DNA of 36,109 nucleotides from a virus (Duplodnaviria; Heunggongvirae; Uroviricota; Caudoviricetes): IMG/VR virus record IMGVR_UViG_641736116_000027; one strand, 5' to 3'. Shown piece by piece: positions 32,613 to 36,109 of this stretch (position 1 is its first letter; each line of letters starts with the position of its first letter). The notes under the pieces were generated by a model. It saw only the letters and a program-made list of their open reading frames with translations, ran no database searches and was not told where the DNA came from. The position numbers and the translations under genes were made by a program.

Positions 32613-35528
32613 ATGGCAGTAAAGATTTCAGGTGTACTGAAAGACGGCACAGGAAAACCGGTACAGAACTGCACAATCCAGCTGAAAGCAAAACGTAACA
32701 GTACCACGGTGGTGGTGAACACGCTGGCCTCAGAAAATCCGGATGAAGCCGGGCGTTACAGCATGGACGTTGAGTACGGTCAGTACAGCGTTATTCTGTT
32801 GGTGGAAGGGTTCCCGCCGTCACATGCCGGGACCATCACCGTGTATGAAGATTCTCAACCCGGTACGCTGAATGATTTTCTTGGTGCCATGACTGAGGAT
32901 GATGTCCGTCCGGAGGCACTGCGCCGTTTTGAGCTGATGGTGGAAGAGGTGGCGCGTAACGCGTCCGCGGTGGCACAGAACACGGCAGCCGCGAAGAAGT
33001 CAGCCAGCGATGCCAGCACATCAGCCCGTGAGGCGGCAACCCATGCGACTGATGCTGCGGACTCAGCACGCGCAGCCAGCACGTCAGCCGGACAGGCCGC
33101 GTCGTCGGCTCAGTCAGCGTCTTCCAGCGCAGGAACGGCATCAACAAAGGCTACTGAAGCATCAAAAAGTGCTGCCGCTGCAGAGTCCTCAAAAAGCGCG
33201 GCGGCTACCAGTGCCGGTGCGGCGAAAACGTCAGAAACGAATGCGGCAGTGTCACAACAATCAGCCGCCACTTCTGCATCCACCGCGACCACGAAAGCGT
33301 CAGAAGCTGCCTCCTCAGCCAGGGATGCGTCGGCTTCAAAAGAGGCGGCAAAATCATCAGAAACGAGCGCAGCCTCGAGCGCCAGTAGTGCAGCCTCCTC
33401 GGCAACGGCGGCAGGCAATTCCGCGAAGGCGGCCAAAACGTCTGAGACAAACGCTAAGTCCTCTGAAACGGCAGCAGAACAGAGTGCCTCCGCAGCAGCA
33501 GGCTCAAAAACAGCGGCTGCATTATCTGCCAGTGCCGCGTCAACAAGTGCCGGGCAGGCCTCAGCCAGTGCCACCGCCGCCGGAAAATCGGCAGAAAGTG
33601 CCGCATCGTCTGCTTCAACAGCCACAACGAAGGCTGGCGAAGCCACTGAACAGGCCAGCGCAGCAGCGAGTTCTGCTTCCGCAGCGAAGACATCCGAAAC
33701 GAACGCGAAAGCGTCGGAAACCAGCGCAGAATCCTCAAAAACGGCTGCCGCATCGTCAGCCAGTTCGGCGGCGTCATCGGCATCATCTGCGTCTGCTTCA
33801 AAAGATGAGGCGACCAGACAAGCGTCAGCAGCGAAGAGCAGCGCCACGACGGCATCCACGAAGGCGACAGAGGCAGCTGGTAGTGCGACGGCAGCAGCTC
33901 AGAGCAAAAGTACGGCGGAATCTGCAGCAACGCGCGCTGAGACAGCGGCAAAACGGGCAGAGGATATTGCATCCGCCGTGGCGCTTGAGGATGCGAGCAC
34001 GACGAAAAAGGGGATAGTACAGCTCAGCAGTGCGACTAACAGCACTTCCGAGTCACTGGCGGCAACGCCAAAAGCCGTTAAGGCCGCGTATGAGCTGGCT
34101 AACGGGAAATACACCGCACAGGATGCAACGACAGCACAGAAAGGGATAGTTCAGCTTAGCAACGCGACCAACAGCACATCTGAAATGCTGGCGGCAACGC
34201 CAAAGTCGGTAAAGGCAGCCTATGACCTTGCTAACGGGAAATATACTGCTCAGGACGCTACGACAGCACAAAAAGGAATTGTCCAGCTCAGTAGTGCAAC
34301 CAACAGCGCATCTGAAACGCTTGCCGCGACACCGAAAGCAGTGAAAGCAGCTAATGATAATGCGAATGGTCGGGTACCTTCTGCCCGTAAGGTGAATGGT
34401 AAGGCGCTTTCATCGGATATAACACTGACGCCGAAAGATATTGGTACGCTTAACTCAACAACAATGTCATTCAGCGGTGGTGCTGGTTGGTTCAAATTAG
34501 CAACGGTAACCATGCCACAGGCGAGTTCTGTTGTTTCAATTACGTTGATTGGTGGCGCGGGATTTAACGTGGGGTCACCTCAACAGGCAGGTATATCTGA
34601 ACTTGTTTTGCGTGCAGGTAATGGTAATCCGAAGGGGATTACTGGTGCTTTATGGCAGCGCACATCGACAGGGTTTACAAATTTTGCCTGGGTCAATACA
34701 TCTGGTGATACTTACGATATTTACGTTGCAATCGGAAATTATGCGACTGGTGTAAATATTCAATGGGATTATACCAGTAATGCCAGCGTGACGATTCATA
34801 CGTCACCAGCATATTCTGCTAATAAGCCGGAAGGGTTAACGGACGGTACAGTTTATTCACTCTATACGCCATCAGAGCAGTTTTATCCGCCTGGCGCACC
34901 AATCCCGTGGCCATCAGATACCGTTCCGTCTGGCTATGCCCTGATGCAGGGGCAGACTTTTGACAAATCTGCATACCCGAAACTTGCAGCCGCTTATCCG
35001 TCAGGCGTGATCCCTGATATGCGTGGCTGGACGATTAAGGGCAAACCTGCCAGTGGTCGGGCCGTATTGTCTCAGGAACAGGACGGCATTAAATCGCACA
35101 CCCACAGCGCCAGCGCATCCAGTACGGATTTGGGGACGAAAACCACATCGTCGTTTGATTACGGCACTAAATCCACGAATAACACCGGGGCGCACACGCA
35201 CAGTGTGAGCGGTACAGCCGCAAGTGCCGGAAACCATACTCATAGTGTCACAGGCGCATCAGCAGTCAGCCAGTGGTCACAAAATGGGTCAGTACATAAG
35301 GTAGTGTCTGCGGCCAGTGTGAATACAAGTGCTGCAGGAGCGCACACTCATAGTGTCAGCGGCACAGCTGCATCTGCAGGTGCTCACGCACATACTGTCG
35401 GTATTGGTGCTCATACGCACTCTGTTGCGATTGGCTCACATGGACACACCATCACCGTTAACGCTGCGGGTAACGCGGAAAACACTGTCAAAAACATCGC
35501 ATTTAACTACATTGTGAGGCTTGCATAA
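32613..35528 (+). CDS. stf: side tail fibre protein Stf (about 971 aa)
   Basis: N-terminus [26 protein letters not shown]... and C-terminus ...[22 protein letters not shown] match Stf-family fibres. Has a long Ala/Ser/Thr-rich central region, three tandem ~43-aa repeats and a His-rich C-terminal segment. The ATG at 32613 is preferred over the GTG at 32607. Confidence 0.9.
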   Translation: MAVKISGVLKDGTGKPVQNCTIQLKAKRNSTTVVVNTLASENPDEAGRYSMDVEYGQYSVILLVEGFPPSHAGTITVYEDSQPGTLNDFLGAMTEDDVRPEALRRFELMVEEVARNASAVAQNTAAAKKSASDASTSAREAATHATDAADSARAASTSAGQAASSAQSASSSAGTASTKATEASKSAAAAESSKSAAATSAGAAKTSETNAAVSQQSAATSASTATTKASEAASSARDASASKEAAKSSETSAASSASSAASSATAAGNSAKAAKTSETNAKSSETAAEQSASAAAGSKTAAALSASAASTSAGQASASATAAGKSAESAASSASTATTKAGEATEQASAAASSASAAKTSETNAKASETSAESSKTAAASSASSAASSASSASASKDEATRQASAAKSSATTASTKATEAAGSATAAAQSKSTAESAATRAETAAKRAEDIASAVALEDASTTKKGIVQLSSATNSTSESLAATPKAVKAAYELANGKYTAQDATTAQKGIVQLSNATNSTSEMLAATPKSVKAAYDLANGKYTAQDATTAQKGIVQLSSATNSASETLAATPKAVKAANDNANGRVPSARKVNGKALSSDITLTPKDIGTLNSTTMSFSGGAGWFKLATVTMPQASSVVSITLIGGAGFNVGSPQQAGISELVLRAGNGNPKGITGALWQRTSTGFTNFAWVNTSGDTYDIYVAIGNYATGVNIQWDYTSNASVTIHTSPAYSANKPEGLTDGTVYSLYTPSEQFYPPGAPIPWPSDTVPSGYALMQGQTFDKSAYPKLAAAYPSGVIPDMRGWTIKGKPASGRAVLSQEQDGIKSHTHSASASSTDLGTKTTSSFDYGTKSTNNTGAHTHSVSGTAASAGNHTHSVTGASAVSQWSQNGSVHKVVSAASVNTSAAGAHTHSVSGTAASAGAHAHTVGIGAHTHSVAIGSHGHTITVNAAGNAENTVKNIAFNYIVRLA
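33999..34365 (+). repeat. three tandem ~130-bp direct repeats inside stf
   Basis: Repeat units begin near 33999, 34128 and 34260, and encode ...[11 protein letters not shown](S/N)ATNS(T/A)SE(S/M/T)LAATPK(A/S)VKAA... three times. Confidence 0.8.
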
Positions 35529-36109
35529 TGGCATTCAGAATGAGTGAACAACCACGGACCATAAAAATTTATAATCTGCTGACCGGAACTAATGAATTTA
35601 TTGGTGAAGGTGACGCATATATTCCGCCTCATACAGGTCTGCCAGCAAACAGTACCTATATTGCACCGCCAGATATTCCGGCTGGCTTCGTGGCTGTTTT
35701 CAACAGTGATGAGTCATCGTGGCATCTCGTTGAAGATCATCGGGGTAAAACGGTTTATGACGTGGCTTCCGGCGACGCGTTATTTATTTCTGAACTCGGC
35801 TCATTACCGGAAAATGTTACCTGGTTATCGCCGGAAGGGGAGTTTCAGAAGTGGAACGGCACAGCCTGGGTGAAAGATGCAGAAGCAGAAAAACTGTTCC
35901 GGATCCGGGAGGCGGAAGAAACAAAAAACAGCCTGATGCAGGTAGCCAGTGAGCATATTGCGCCACTTCAGGATGCTGTAGATCTGGAAATCGCAACGGA
36001 GGAAGAAACCTCATTGCTGGAAGCCTGGAAAAAGTATCGGGTGTTGCTGAACCGTGTTGATACATCAACTGCACCTGATATTGAGTGGCCTGTAATACCT
36101 GAAGTTTAA
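35528..36109 (+). CDS. tfa: tail fibre assembly protein Tfa (193 aa)
   Basis: [38 protein letters not shown]... is lambda Tfa-like. Its start overlaps the stf stop (TAATG) and its stop codon is the last three bases of the window. Confidence 0.9.
   Translation: MAFRMSEQPRTIKIYNLLTGTNEFIGEGDAYIPPHTGLPANSTYIAPPDIPAGFVAVFNSDESSWHLVEDHRGKTVYDVASGDALFISELGSLPENVTWLSPEGEFQKWNGTAWVKDAEAEKLFRIREAEETKNSLMQVASEHIAPLQDAVDLEIATEEETSLLEAWKKYRVLLNRVDTSTAPDIEWPVIPEV

Noticed and set aside
32900-34000. Collagen-like triple-helix region in Stf
   Set aside because: The low-complexity region is Ala/Ser/Thr-rich and has no Gly-X-Y periodicity.
33010-34017. 335-aa plus-strand ORF (Arg/Pro/Gln-rich) and 249-aa minus-strand ORF (33110-33859, Ala/Asp-rich) inside stf
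   Set aside because: Both are alternative frames of the Ala/Ser-rich low-complexity repeat region of stf, whose biased codons keep every frame open.

Overview
The window is a single lambdoid prophage of the enterobacterial (E. coli-type) lambda/DLP12 kind, running from the stop codon of a minus-strand integrase (position 1) to the stop codon of the tail-fibre assembly gene tfa (36109), so no att sites are inside it. Family assignments and similarity to lambda are from recall of the reference proteins and genome layout; no alignment or database search was run. Left to right: int-xis (minus strand); about 100 bp later an N-terminally truncated O-like replication gene with ori iterons, then P and ren; an IS3-family element with a 3-bp target duplication; an AT-rich cargo island with emrE and a frameshifted ybcK-like large serine recombinase; a DLP12-type nin region (ylcH-like, ybcN, ninE, ybcO, rusA, ylcG); a Q-like gene and two terminator hairpins; a lysis cassette with a non-lambda holin followed by lambda-like R, Rz and embedded Rz1; bor, ybcV-like, ybcW-like and ylcI-like genes; an intact cos site; and a complete lambda-like head and tail gene set (Nu1 to J), then lom, stf and tfa. 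No cI, cro, N, cII or exo/bet/gam are present, so this looks like a cryptic prophage that retains the cos site and intact-looking lysis and structural gene sets. I did not find a convincing wholly new multi-gene system; the places most worth a second look are the emrE-recombinase island, the Q-like gene and replaced holin, and the uncharacterised small genes next to cos.
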